Below are positions 38,112-51,858 of a DNA stretch of 64,000 nt, one piece after another. Both the position numbers and the translations under genes were made by a program. The notes beneath the pieces are model-generated. The model ran no database searches and was not told the DNA's origin. It saw only the letters and a list, made by a program, of their open reading frames with translations. The stretch's first letter is position 1. Each line of letters begins with the position of its first letter. Origin of the DNA: Schizochytrium sp. TIO01 (lineage: Eukaryota > Protista > Bigyra: Labyrinthulomycetes); assembly GCA_004764695.1 (NCBI GenBank), contig SMSO01000025.1:744001-808000 (forward strand), in the 5' to 3' direction.

Positions 38112-38765
38112 ATGTCGGAGAGCGATTCGTGGATGGATGCCGAGGGGTGCCTGCCGGCATTTCTGGCTGGTATGGCTACTGCTTCTGCAGTTTTGGTGCC
38201 CGCTGTTGTTCTTTTCATGCAGCGCCAAGACCAGTCAAGGCAGAAGCAGTTGGAGTTGGAGACCTCCGACGTGAAAGAAGACGACGAACCCATGGCCAAG
38301 ACCTCCCCAGAGCAACGTCAGGGCTTTGCAGACGAGGACTTGATGAGCGACAGCGATTTCGACGATGAGGATGACGATGATGACGATGATGATGAGGAAC
38401 CTCTGAAGCAGGTCATGGTGGTTCGCACTGATCTCAAGATGGGCAAGGGTAAAATTGCGGCTCAATGCTGCCATGCTAGTTTGGGTGCATTCCGCCGTGC
38501 GAGTTCGCCTCGCGCACCTGAAGTCTGGCAAACTTGGCTGCGTAGGTGGCTCATTATTGGCCAGACCAAGGTTGCTGTGAAATGCCCTTCTGAAGAGGAG
38601 ATGGCCGAAGTCGCTGAGAATGCTCGTGCCAACAATGTGCCATTTTATGTTGTCGCAGATGCTGGACGCACACAGATTGCCGCTGGATCGCGAACTGTGT
38701 GTGCTGTAGGACCCGCACCTGTATCCGTAGTTGATGCGCTGTGCAGCCAGTTCAAGCTTTTGTAA
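38112..38765 (+). CDS. PTH2: Peptidyl-tRNA hydrolase 2 with N-terminal membrane anchor (217 aa)
   Basis: KQVMVVRTDLKMGKGKIAAQCCHA, GQTKVAVK, DAGRTQIAAGSRTVCAVGPAP. N-terminal hydrophobic segment plus acidic linker, as in eukaryotic PTH2. Confidence 0.96.
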   Translation: MSESDSWMDAEGCLPAFLAGMATASAVLVPAVVLFMQRQDQSRQKQLELETSDVKEDDEPMAKTSPEQRQGFADEDLMSDSDFDDEDDDDDDDDEEPLKQVMVVRTDLKMGKGKIAAQCCHASLGAFRRASSPRAPEVWQTWLRRWLIIGQTKVAVKCPSEEEMAEVAENARANNVPFYVVADAGRTQIAAGSRTVCAVGPAPVSVVDALCSQFKLL

Positions 38766-40570
38766 TCATCCATCCTTTGGCTGTTCGATTTATTAGACTA
38801 ATTGATTGAGTCATTTTTTGTGTTTGTCCGCACTTATCTATTGCAAAGACCATGCTACTGTTGTAGTAAGTAAAACACAGTTTAGATGCATAATAGGATA
38901 ATCAAGAGTCTAGTAGGGGACGATTGTTTGGCTCAGCTGGCTCGAGACCAAGAGCAGGATGACCTTATCGTGATATAATGTGAATCTGACCTGGCTTCTT
39001 TCAGCATGCAATCTACAGAGCTAGAAAAACGGGGAAAACTGGTACAAAGTTAGTGACAAAAGGTATAAATCTGAAACACAACTGTGCTTAGGGCTAAACG
39101 CATTTAAGTTGATGCTTCTACGTATTTTAATTCCGTTATACAATATGTGTGTTAGGCTAGAGGAGTCACTGCAAGCAAGCAAAATCTCAGTGGCTGGATC
39201 CATCATCGATAGTGTCTAAGAAACATTGTCTCGGTTTTAAGAAGCCACGGCCATTTTCCGCTTGTTGTCTCAACAATCTACGCACTCAATTCATCGTGCT
39301 CCCAACGAACAGGATGTATTGCTCTATGAATGGCCTAATTAATTGCCTTTCCCTGAAGTCACATATCCCAGGGCATCAAATGTAGTAATGGCAGCAGTCA
39401 CGTTAGGGCTCAAACACATGACCATGCCACAAATTGCAACATTTCACATAAAGACTTTGCAAGTCTTTGGCATCTAAGAACACGTAGCTCCTTCCTAGCC
39501 TTGAACGACGAATGAGAAGTTTGTGATTGGGCGCAAAATTTCTCCAGATGATCTGGTATAATACTACTGTAAACAAATGAGTTAGCTAGATATTAAAGAT
39601 CGGTAATTTTGTTGAAACGACTTGCCCTGAGTCGGTAGTAGTACTCTTCCTACAAGCGTTTTTCTTCAACTCGGCAACGAGAAAAGAACGTATCCCTCTC
39701 TTAAACTTCCTGTCCGAAAAACTCAATTTGAAGGATATAACTGACTCAAGAATGTGCTTGTAAAGTTAGGATATCTGTGCTTTATAATGATTGTTCGTGC
39801 TGTTCTGGATTAATTCACTTTTTGAATGTTCGCTTAGATCGTGTTGCAGAGACATCAGAGAGCAGGAACAACTCTCAGAAAGCCATGATGCAGCATTGCG
39901 TTTGTGGACTGCTGTCGGCATTTCTAACCCAGGGTTGATCAAATATTGTCATTCAAAAAGAAGTATAATCATTCGTCTGGGATCCATGATAAGCAGCTCT
40001 GTTCGCGTTTCAACTCCGCCTCGGGGGGTGAAAGTTACTCTGGGTTAGAGCATCTGTGGAGGAAAATAAACTGAAAACATCGAAACCACAAGTTCACTGC
40101 GTATAGCGTAAGGTGAAAGGTTGTTCTCACAAGTAAAAAGGAGAGATAGGAAGCGAAAAAAAGAAAAGAGAAAGTCATACAACTGCATACAAATTCATTT
40201 TTGTAAATATATATATAATACTGCAAGGTATTGCATTTCCAGTAAAGGGGGTGTTTGGCTGCACGGCGGGCGCCATTGCATTGGTCTCGTCACTTGCAAA
40301 GCTGGAGACTTGCATCGGCGCACACAAGTGCATTTGATAAGTTTTCATGCATTATTCAACATCCGCCTCCGTATGATCCGCGCAGGGTTGAGTCAACGTC
40401 TATCCATGAGCTTTATTGTGTGTGCTCTGTGTATAAGGATTGGTACTCTGTGGCCCATGTATAATGAGTACCATGCGTGTACTCAATTCTGCAGGGAAGT
40501 AGGAGGGCTTTTGAGACTCGTCCAAGCGAGCGATAGATGATTTACAATCTTTCCGCCACAAGGACTTGAC

Positions 40571-41849
40571 TTAGAAGCCAGGGTGCTTGGGGTGCTGGAA
40601 GTTGAGGATGGCGCGGGATCCGCGGACCTCGATGGCCTTGAGATCGTACGCGAGCGCAGCCTCGTGCATGTTGTCAAAGTATCCAATGTGTGTGTTTTTG
40701 CCGTTGACCTTGATGCTTGCTTTCCACGACTTGTTGCACTTGTTCCAGCACACACCACGGTAGTTTGAGGATGGCATGTTACGCTTGAGTTTAACAGATG
40801 ATGCATCAGAGTTAGCATCAGGGCTGCCAGGCTCGCTGCCACTGTCCACACTTGCACTGCCGTCCTTCTGGTCCTCGAGGGCAACGCTCTCGGGAAAGTT
40901 GAGGAGGCTGCGGTCGAGTCCATGAGCAATGCAGGCACGGTCAAAAGCAAGGGCGGCCTCGACTTCGCTGGAGAATTGACCAATTTCCTTGACCATGTCG
41001 TTGTTAAGGGTAACGCGCACAGCCCAAGGCTTGGTTCCCTTCTGGCGAAAGACACCACGGAACTTGGAGTAGTTTGAGGCCTTCTGGCGCACGCGACGGG
41101 AAGGAAGGGCAATTTTGGACGCAAGAGAGTCGTTGTTTGAGCCGCTAGAGGTAGTGGCCATGAGAGGGGCAGGTGCAGGGACGATCTGGGACATTTGGCT
41201 GATCATGGGTGCACCTGTAAACATGGACTGCTGCTGCTGCTGTTGCTGCTGCTGCTGGAGAAGCTGGGCGAGCTGCATGAGGGTGTTGTCGTTGGAGAAG
41301 GTTTGCTGGGGCTGCTGCTGTTGCTGGAATGCGAATGATGGGAGCGAGTTCACAAAGTTCATCATGGTTGACCTGCTCAGGCATCTGCATGTGCATCTGG
41401 GGCTGCTGCTGCTGCTGCTGCTGCTGCTGGGGAATACCGCTAAGAGCACCCATCATAAGATTGTTCCAGTTGGAGCTCTGCACAGGCATCTGCTGGGGCT
41501 GCTGCTGCATAAATGGCATCATGTTCTGAAAGAAGGGGAGAGAGGTCATTGACGAGCCAAAGTCCTTGTTCAGAGGCATTTGCTGCTGCTGCGGCTGCTG
41601 CATGAGCGGCATCTGAAGCGGTGCTTGTTGCTGCTGCTGGACCTTGGGTGCCTCGTTGCTGATGTTGTTGTTCGCGTTCTTCGCTGAAGACTCACGTGCC
41701 TGCTTGAGGAGCATCTGGAGAGCAAGAAGTCCGTCTGAGACGGCTCCCTGAGCGGCGGCCGAGTTCTCCACGTCAAACTTGGTGCGCTTGAGGCCCATGC
41801 TCTCCTGGGTCGGGAGCATCTGGACCTGACTTTCTGCCTGGCGCTTCAT
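40571..41849 (-). CDS. Double-AP2-domain transcription factor with polyQ N-terminal region (~425 aa), interrupted by a 1-nt frameshift near 41366
   Basis: Two AP2 domains: SKFRGVF...WAVRV...IGQFSSEVEAALAFDRA...LNFP and SNYRGVCW...WKASIKVNGKNTHIGYF...AALAYD...AILNF. ATG at 41849 (MKRQAESQ...). The span of 1279 nt equals 426 codons plus 1 nt; codon bias switches frame at CAG GTC AAC C ATG ATG. Confidence 0.9.
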
Positions 41850-43102
41850 AGTGTCTGTTTGTCTGAGTCTGTCTTTGTCTCGACTGGTTTGCTGTCTGTC
41901 TGTCTGACTCTTTGTTTCTTTGTTTCTTTGCTTGCTTGCCGACTGGCTGTCTTGCAGTTCTGGTTCTGCTTCAAGTCCTTCGAAGCGACTAAAGTGCTTG
42001 TCTAGTAGCTGTAAGCTTTTGCTTCTTCGTGTTAATCCCACGGCTCGAACTCTTCGAACTTAGGGGTTTGCTGCTTTGCTGACGTCGAAAAGAGCACAGC
42101 AAGTTAACGCGGCCAAGCTCCTAGAGGGGCTCTGAGGAGGAAGAAACCTTTTTACTATTTCTTTTTCTCTTTCCTTCCCTGAAGAGAGGAGACCACTTTT
42201 TTTTTTTTTTTTCTTATTTCATTCAAAAGGAGGCGCTCACTTGCAAGTCAGTCGGTCGGTCAGCCAGTCGGTAAACAATAAAAACAAACTAAATAATTTT
42301 TATTATTATTTTAACATAGATTTAAAAGAGTTCAAAGCGTGAAAAGAGGGGCAGAGTGAGGGGGGGGGCTTTCAACACACCATTTAACATAATTTTTATT
42401 TCATTAAAAATATAATGAACTAAAAGTTTTGCGTTCCTTCCACGTTTTCTTTCATTCCCGACCGGCTCAGCCTTATTGCTTCTCTTTTCTCACTCTTCTT
42501 CCTGGGGGAAGCGGCGCCTTGAGGAAGCTTTAGCTTCTTTTTAACTCAGCCCCCTCTCAGTGTTTCTAAAGGGAAACAGAAACTAAAACATACATACATA
42601 CATTCATTCATTCATTCATTCATTCGTACGTTCGTACGAAAGAAACCAGACTCAGCAGAAGCGTCAAAAAGACAAGGACGCCTTTCCTTTCTGGCTTCGC
42701 TAGCTTTCCATCTAGCTGCCTGCTAGCTTCCATCAATTTGTTAGGGTTCTTCGCTGCGGCTGCTGCTTCGAGCTTCAAAAGATGCTGTTGCCCGCTTTTA
42801 GCTCTAAGCCCGCTTAAGCGCTTCGGTGCCCACACTTCGGAGCCTCGTAGAGTTCAAGCTTTTGCTTCAGTTGGCTTGTGCCTTTCGAGTTCCTTGTCCC
42901 CGTAGCACTAGATAGGTGGTACCTACCTGGCTACCTAGAACAGACATTTTCCTTTTCATTTGTGTTAAAAACCTTTCTGTATTTTTCATTTTTCATTTTA
43001 TTTTTATTTTAAAAGAGATGAAATCAATTTCGAAAGAAAAGCCAAGTGAGATAATGGGTGGTAAAGTGAATCTGTCGGTCCTCAGTCTGTTTGTTTGAAT
43101 TC

Positions 43103-43232
<130 letters not shown>

Positions 43233-46200
43233 CAACTCATTCATTTTTTCTTTCCTTTCAAAGGTTCAATTCCATCGTGCGGTTCGCGTGTCTTCTCGGC
43301 TCTTCGAGGGCAGGGCCGTATAATTGAGGCCTCGCTGTCTGGCCTGCGACCGCGCGGGAGACCAGGCAGCGTGTCATCGAGGCTGAACGAAGCGCCGTCG
43401 AGCCCGTTCCTGTTCACTTTCTCCCTCCTCGACGAGCTCAGCTCTTTCGCCACTGCTGCTGCTGCTGCTTCCCACGATGAAAGAAAAACAACTTCTTCTT
43501 CAAAAGAGCATGAAAGTGCTCTTTCGGGTTGGTCCCCCTTGGAGTAGTAGGAAGCCATCTGCGAAAATGTATTTATATATATATTTATTTATACAAATGT
43601 GCTTCGCAACTTTGAAAATGATTAAATAGTTTATAGGGTACTAAACCAAACAGACTAGCTGGTTACCCTCACTTATTACCTACTATGGTCTCTTCAGGGT
43701 AAAGACTATCATGGATTCCGTCAGTCACCTCGCCTGGTGGCGGGGCTTCCTTCCAAAAGAGCTTCCGGGTCCTCCTTTTCACTCGAAGGCAGTTCAAGCT
43801 GAGCAGAAGCCTCCGCTCTTTCCTTGCTAACTTTCTTCTCTTTCTTTTCTTTCTTTCGCCTCGTTGTTGTCACTTTCCCGCACGCACTCAGTCAATCAGT
43901 CATCCTCAAGCACTCGCGCCTTCGCTTTGTTTCATCTCCTTGGCGCTTTCGAAGAGAAAGAGAGAATGAGAAAGAGACAGAAACAACAGCAGCAGCAACA
44001 ACAATCTGTTTGTTTGTTTGTTTGTTTGTTTGTTTGCTTGTTTGTTTGTTTTTTTCCATTTCTCTTATTCTTCTCAGGCTAATTTTATAAAATAAAACAA
44101 ACTTGAAGAAAGAAAGAAAGAAAGAGAATAAGCCACCCACTTGTATACTTTCGCCTATGTTTCGCGCCATTCTTTTCATTTTTTTTCTCTTGGGCTCCGC
44201 GCGGCGTCGTCACCCCTTCCGACTCTTTTACTATAGTGTGTAAGCAGAAGCTAAACAACAGAGAAACAAACTATAAAACTAAAGGTAGAGTGTATAAAAC
44301 CAAAGACTCAAAGTGAAGAAAAGCAAGTAATGATTTACCTGGCACGAGGCTCCCCACTGCGACTGATTTAGCCCAGTGTGTCTGGAGGGCAGTAAGTTGG
44401 AAAATGCCGGTGTGCCTCCACTCGGGAAATAGGTTTCTGTCGCCAGACAGCACCTGCTGAGAGGGGCGAGTTTTCGAATTCGAAGCTAAAGACAAATGAA
44501 GTGAGAAGGCCAGCGAAAGCTTTACTGTATGTACTACTCCGGCAGAATGGTCAGAGCGCTCGCTCGTCTACTGCATCTTCGTAGAAGCAGCTGCGGAATA
44601 CGCTCGAGCAGCACTTAGCCAGGCCAGGTTCCTGCCTCGACTCAGGCTTTCTTCCCGTCCTCCCCCCTTCTTCTTTCCTCTCCGGCAGCCTGCAGTTTCT
44701 TCGAAGAGAAACTGAAGAAGAAGAAGAAGAAGAAGAAGAAGAACCAGAAAGAAAATGCAGCCTAGAACTTGCTGATTGTATATAGGAACAAACATATCTT
44801 CAATTTTTTTAATTTTTCTTTAAAAAATGATCAATCAATCAATCAGTCAATCAATCAATCAATCAATCAGTCAATCGATCGATAAATAAAAAAAATCCAA
44901 AAGTATGGAAAACACCGTGCGTAAGAGCGAGCGAACGAAGCAGCCAGAATTTTTTTAAATAGTGGATGGAGATTCCTAAACCCAAGCTAGCGGTGAATAA
45001 TCTTCAAGGTGCACCAGCGAGATGAACAAAAACAAAGCAAAAGATGGAAAGCCTCCCGCCCATGAGTCAGGGGCAGCCTTTTCTTTATGAATCGAGCTGT
45101 AGTACACGCGCCACTCACTTCTTCGCTCGAAAAGAAAGTTATCTCGGTAAACTGCAAACAGAAAGCCTTCTGTAGGTCAGTCGAACAGGCCTTCTAAGCC
45201 AGTCCCGTTCGCTCCGCCTGACATACTTAAAGGCAGACAGCCTCGATCTTATTTACGATTGATTGGAAGGAGGCCGCGGTGCTGGTCAACCAACCCCTAT
45301 TCTTCGTCTAGCAACCCGCTAAAACAACCGGACAAAATAAACTTATTTTTCCATTCATTCGTTCAATCGAATTCATGGGTGACTAATCAATCAGTCAAAC
45401 AATGTCGTTAGTTTAGTTTATTATTTATTCAAAAAAATCAATCATCTTTAAAAAAGTGAAAATAGAAATTGACCATTTCTGTTATGAGAATCATTGATCG
45501 TTCAATTTTGTTTCCAAGTCGATCTCCTCTTCCTGCAGCTGAGGTGAGAAAGCATGAATTACGTCTAGCAGCGCATACTCAAGCTACTAGGAGTCCCCAC
45601 GAGGAAGAAGAGCTGCTAGAAGCCTCTTACTCATTCCTTCCGTTCCCCTGGTAGATACCTGCTTAGCTTTCAACTTTTCCTCATCATCTAAGGGGGGTGT
45701 GGGTGAGTCTTCAGCCAACGCCGACAGAGAAAGTTTTTATACAGCTTCAAATTGTTTTCTTTTCTGCCGAGATAGCTTTCTAGTTGGAAGCACTTTGCGC
45801 GCCTAGGCGGCGGGTAATTTCCTCCGGTTCCGTACTGGAATTCGGCTAAGCCTTTTCTAAGGGGGCGAAAGGATGCCACCACGGAGCCTGGACAAGCAGC
45901 GCAAGACCTCCCCTTCACCCACAGCTGAAAGCTACAGCTCCAAAATTCAAGGACATTCTTCGGTTGCGCCTCTTAGAACTTTCTTACCCCCAGATAGGGT
46001 CGAGCTCGGCCAGCTCCACCGCCTCGTGCTAATTTCGCGAGGTGGCCCTCTGCTCATTTCTGTTGCTACAAGGACTTTATTCTTTGTTGCTTCAACTTCT
46101 TCAACGCCTCGTGGCCCACAGTCACTCGCGTCCCCTCGAGATCCTCTCGCTCAAACCACTCCTCGCGCCAGGGAGCCAGAGGACCTGATCGCTATTCGCC

Positions 46201-47340
46201 GCCTCTTCGGCCAAAGGGACGTGGGCTCAAAAAAAGGTGCTGCGCGGAGCCATGCTTTCTCTTGGACTTGTTTTACTTTCCCTATGCTCTCATTATTTTA
46301 AAATAAAACTTCATTCGAAAAACAGTAGTTCCTTCTCGTGCTAGCTGAATAAGTAAATAGATAAATAGATAAACTTTAACAATATGAGAATGAATGAATG
46401 AATGAATGGAGTGAATAAAACAGAAAACACCCCCCTGCTTTCATATATAAATTTTCAATTTAAATCTTAATCTTATAAGAACATTTTATTTTATTTCCAA
46501 TTTAAGTACGTTTAAATATACATACATATACTCTACTAGTTTTTGCATGCGAAGAACCTACCAAAAGCCAAAACACCGCTAGGCGCTGTTATCTGACTAC
46601 TATCTGCGGCGAAGAGCGTTTCTGCTGGAAGAAGAGTAAAAACATAAAATAAAAACAAAGGGCAGAAAGCTTCTTCGCTTGCTTGCTTGCTTAGCGAGCG
46701 GCACATTTATTTATTTCCCTCTCATTGGAGCGCGAGCGCCGCTGCGAGCCTCCTGCTGTAGCGCTTCTTTCGTGCGGCTTCCGTGGGAACCGGAGGGAGG
46801 GCGCTCTGCTGCTGTGGCTGCGAGATGTCCGAAAGCCTGCGTGCGCGAAAGCCTGCGTGCCTGCGGTTAAGGCGCTGGCTTTTGGGTACCGCTTTGCAGC
46901 AATGGAAAAGAGAACAGGCGATGATGAATAATAATGGTGTTCTACCACTTGTCTACGAAGAAGAGAAAAAGAAGAGAACGAAAGTACAGCGAGGCCTTGG
47001 AACGCTGCCTCTTATTAATTCCGTTGCTGTTCTTCTTGTTCTTCTTTGTGCATTCCTAACCCCTTCGTACCTCAGCAAGCCTGCGTACCTGCTTTCTACT
47101 GGCGCTAACAGATTCCACGAGACTCCTTTCTTTGGGGTTGGTTGCCAGCGCAGGATCAAGCTCAACAGGAAATTGATCTCTTTCCATCGATCAACCTCAG
47201 TCAATCGAAATTAAATCATCCATCTCCAAGTCCGCAGTGTTGGATTGTTGATATTGCGGTGCGGGACAAGGTAGTCAAGGCAGTCAGTGCGTGCGTGCGT
47301 GCGTGATGATTTTCAAAGTCTCGCCAGCAAAGTGACTGAA

Positions 47341-47389
<49 letters not shown>

Positions 47390-50300
47390 GGACTTCTTTC
47401 TGACTTCTTCGTGAAAAGAAGTGGAGATGAATCTCTCGCCGGGGGTCAAGAAACTTGGCATGAGAGGGGCACTCGCTCTGCCTGCCTGCCTGCAAGCGAG
47501 CGAGCAAGCCGAGAGAGCGTGAGAGAGTCATGTCGCCAGTCACGTCGCTCGTTCTCCAACAGCGGTCCAGGCTGCCTGCCTGCCTGCCGACCGAGCGAGA
47601 GCGGTATCCGCTTCTTCATCGCAGCGATGCATTCATTGCGCATGCATGCTGTGCTCTGTGGAGAACAGCAGTAGAATGGGCAATTATACCACCCCTTCTT
47701 TCCACAGTGCGGCGTGGGAATCTGCGATTACTTTCTTTTCCGCAGAGGAGGAACGGCGGGCGTAGCACGGCCTATGCGTCTCGCTAGGAGCGCTGCTTTC
47801 TGCTGTTCTTAGACCACGCTAGAATATACATACCTTCGTACATTCATGTGGTGGCTGAGTTATATAAATAAAATAGAAAACAGAAATTATAGAAAACAGA
47901 AATTATAGAAAACAGAAAACAGTGTGCGAGAGAGGGTTGGCGGTGACATCGAAGAAACTTCGCGTAACGCCAACCAAGCCGCGAGGTGAGGGAACGGCTG
48001 TCGCCGCAGTTTCCACACGCCACGCTCTAGATGCGCACCAAAGATGTGGCCAAGAGCCGTGGAGCTTCTTGGGACGAACCTGAGGGCTCTTATCCTTCTT
48101 TGCACGCGAATGCACCACTCCACCGGACAAGTGCAATAGGAGTGTGTCCGTTACGTTTCAACCACCTCTCTCGTTTGATAGGCGCGCCTCCTTCTCTCTC
48201 GCTGGCAATTCTGAGGTTGGTTCGAGTGGTGTTATGGATACTCATTGCACGGCATGCGCGAAGCATCTCCGGAGAGCTGTGTTTGCGAAAGCTTACCGCG
48301 TTGAGAACCAACGGGGAGTCGCGAGGCCACGCAGAAGAGAATGCGAGTGGCTACAGCGAAGGAGTGGATTTGATTCCATCTGATTTGGCGCCATTCGCAC
48401 GGCGAAGAGGGCCTCTATTATACCCGGTCACATTTAAAAGTATGGGATGAAACCAAGAGAACAAGTAAGACCTCAAAAGCAACTTTTTAATAGTTCTTGG
48501 TCTTGGAAAGCAAATTGTACTCGGGACGGCTATTGCTGGACTTGAACAAACACACATTTGAGCTTCCTACTTTGGAGTCTACTCTGAGACGACTCGGACC
48601 TTCATTTTGAGCTCGCATTTCGGGGAGGACTAAATGCTGCAGCACCTCTCCTTGCCTCCTTCCCCCCATTACTTACTGGTTGTTTCGTACGACGATTTGC
48701 AAGATATTCGCGCAGCTGAGTACAATTGTTACTACGAAGACTCAGCATCGCATCAAAGTGAAATTATGCGGTCCATTCTGGAGTGCAGTTGACTTCCTGT
48801 CCTGCCAGTAGGTACGTAGCATCGAGAATTGATTTTCTTGCACCCGCTTCTAAACCTCCACAAAAAGAAAATGGAATGTCCACTTGTTTGGATACATACT
48901 ACGTGCAAATCTCGATACCGAGGCTAGAGATGAGGACAAAACTCGAGTAAGAACGCTGCGCTCTGGGTCAATTCGCGCCCAGTCTACAGAAGTAGACGGG
49001 CGGGTAGAATTACGGGCTAGATTGCCTCTGCGATGGAGCATTTGGATTGACCTCTGCTAGATCTTCAACTCAATCCTATGTCGCAGAGGGACTACTTTGG
49101 TCGTAATAAGTAATCCGTTGCGAAGATAAAACAAGCCCTTTGCTGGACACAATGTGAGCACTCCCGCCATTCTCTATAGAGATGAGTACTATCAAAATAC
49201 GAGGGGAACCCAGTTTTCATCATGGTTCTTTCCTGCTCAAAATCATCATCTAAGAATCATGTTTTTTTCTTTAATAAGACAACGAAATAAGTGTATTTAT
49301 CTTTTAATTAAAATAATGGTATCTATTTTTTTGGTTCAAAATAAAATTTTAAAAAGCAGTGATAGGACTTCGAGGTGAAATTTTGTTATCCTTTCGTAAA
49401 AACAGGTATCAAGGTGAAAAATAACTATTCCACAATGATTTCCCTCACCACGGTGCAACAACTATTGAGTACTTTTCGGAAGAAACAATACCGCCCCGAC
49501 CATGCTGGCATATGCTATATTTGCAAATCACCAGTTTTATTGTTTAATAATTTCATTATTTTTAATTCTGCAAAGAAAGAAATGGAAAGGAAAAAAGACG
49601 GCAAGGCAAAACTCTGAAATCGTTGATATACATCACCGACAGCTCTTTCTCGGTTGTTCCTCCTTCTTCGTCTTAAAACATAGCGCTAGCGAAACTTATT
49701 CCTTTCGCAAGCTTCATTGACGGCTCTGAGGGCATGGCTGCAGGATATTTATTACGCATCCCGCACAGCCTCTGATTGATAAAGGTGCTGCGTTGGGCTG
49801 TCCTCGCTGCGTTCTATTTATAGCGTTCTTTGAATGTTCTCAGAGATTGAATCATTGTTCCATTTACCTGTCTCGTTTGTTTTGTGTTTAATCTCCAAGA
49901 AGCCTCCATTTTCATTGATTTATTCTCTTCATGAGCCCGCGCCGCTGTGACTTCTCAAAAGAGGAGAGACCTCGAGGTCGTGGAGCGGTGGCATCGAGGC
50001 CTCCTTGATCGACGCCAGAGTAGTGACTCCGAGGCTTGCCGAGGTGCTGGCTATGTAGCAAACGGCCTCGGCCAATGCGCCTAGGTGGCCAATGTGGCCT
50101 CCAGGAGCCAATAACCATGAGGAGTACGTACCTCTCTCTTCTTTCTTTCTTTCTGACTCTCTCTCTTTCATACTCTGTTTTCTACGAATACTTTTAAAAT
50201 TAAATTTTAATCAATAGCTTCGAAATATGTAGCTCCAGAGTAATGAGCGCTTGAAAGTTTCGCTTAGATGTGAGCGTTTCGTGGTCGCAGGCATACCTAC

Positions 50301-50806
50301 CCAACGAATCGAGAAAGAAAGAAAGAAAGAAAGAAGGAAACCCATGAATATGAACAAAGAAGAAACCAATCTGCGAGCCTCGTGAGGTGTGGGGATCGTG
50401 GCCTCCACAAGGCTGGCTGGAGCTCTCTCTCTCTCCCTCTCTCCCTCTCTCTCTTCGGGGCCTCTGCGGCATCGGAGCCAGTATCCGATGGGCGATGAGC
50501 CTGCGCCGGCCCTTCCCCGCCTCGCTTCGAACTCTACTCGTGTGACCTGCTCCGGTCCGTCGGCTTCCGTGACCTCATTCCGAGGCCCCTCGTCAGCCTT
50601 AGGAACCCAAGCTTCTTGCCGCCCTTATAGTAACAGTCCGCACTCTTTTATACAAGCTTGTAGTTCTTGTATTTGCGTGTATGTGTGTGTATGTGTGTAT
50701 GTATGTATATACTGTATGTATGGTATATACAGTATGTGCGGAAGTGACAAACGAAGAAACGAAGGAACAAGCAGACAACAGATCAGCGGCGGCTCGAACC
50801 GAGACA

Positions 50807-50842
<36 letters not shown>

Positions 50843-51360
50843 AGGAAAGAAGGAAACCAAAGGCCGCCCAAAGCTTCACAGAGCAAGGCCCCGCGGGGAA
50901 ACGGAGGCCGGCCTGCGGCGTCTTTGCCTCGGCTGCTCCTGCAGCATTCAGACGCTGCGGCTTCGGAAGGGGAAACCACCACTTGCTGGTGGAGTGCCTG
51001 CTCGAGTTACACCCCTCTCTCTCTCTCTCTCTCTTTCTCTCTCTTTCTCTCCTTAGGCGCCTTCATCTTCTTTGCTTCTTCTTCTTCATGGAAACTGCAG
51101 ACAAAGACTTAACATACATAGCAGGTCAAATGGAGCTACAAGAAAGCAAGGTTTTCGGCACCCTCGCCGTGGATTGATTAGTTTGTCTGTGGATAATCAG
51201 CAAAGCACGCAGAAGAGGAATTCGACGGACCAGCAAAAGCCGAGTTGATCGCCGCTGTACAGCACGATGTAATTTCATGCAGTCGCCATGTTTTACGATT
51301 TACGACTCTTCGCCTGCAAGGAAGGAGAGATTATTGGCATGGATGCACGAACAAACTAAC

Positions 51361-51858
51361 GAATGAATGATTTAATGAATGAATGAAATAAATGAATAAA
51401 TGAATAAATGAATAAATGAATAAATCAATAAATCAATAAATCAATAAATCAATAAATGAATAAATCAATAAATGAATAAATGAATAAATGAATAAATGAA
51501 TAAATGAATAAATGAATGAATGAATGAATGAATAAATGAATAAATGAATGAATGAATAAATGAATGAATGAATGAATGAATGAATGAATGAATGAATGAA
51601 TGAATGAATGAATGAATGAATGAATGAATGAATGAATGAATGAATGAATGAATAAATCAATAAATCAATAAATCAATAAATCAATAAATCAATAAATGAA
51701 TAAATGAATAAATGAATGAATGAATAAATGAATAAATGAATGAATGAATAAATGAATAAATGAATGAATGAATAAATGAATGAATGAATGAATGAATGAA
51801 TGAATGAATGAATGAATAAATGAATGAATGAATGAATGAATGAAGGAAGGAATGAATG
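51361..51858. repeat. Compound satellite of GAAT / GAATAAAT / CAATAAAT units (~500 bp)
   Basis: Directly visible; longest repeat in the window. Confidence 0.95.

Noticed and set aside
41145-42041. 298-aa ORF as an independent gene
   Set aside because: It is the 5' half of the frameshifted AP2 gene. The part upstream of 41849 is repeat-like UTR and the tail after the shift is out of frame.
48480-49150. Protein-like fragments at about 48.5-49.1, 53.5-53.8 and 55.2-55.7 kb
   Set aside because: No recognisable motif and no sustained frame; cannot be supported without a search.
50389-51177. 262-aa ORF, and similar ORFs at 20295, 25400, 43095, 51433-52063, 60302 and 63387
   Set aside because: Open only because they run through stop-free microsatellites (FFLS, KKER, FIHS, TNKQ repeats); no coding bias.
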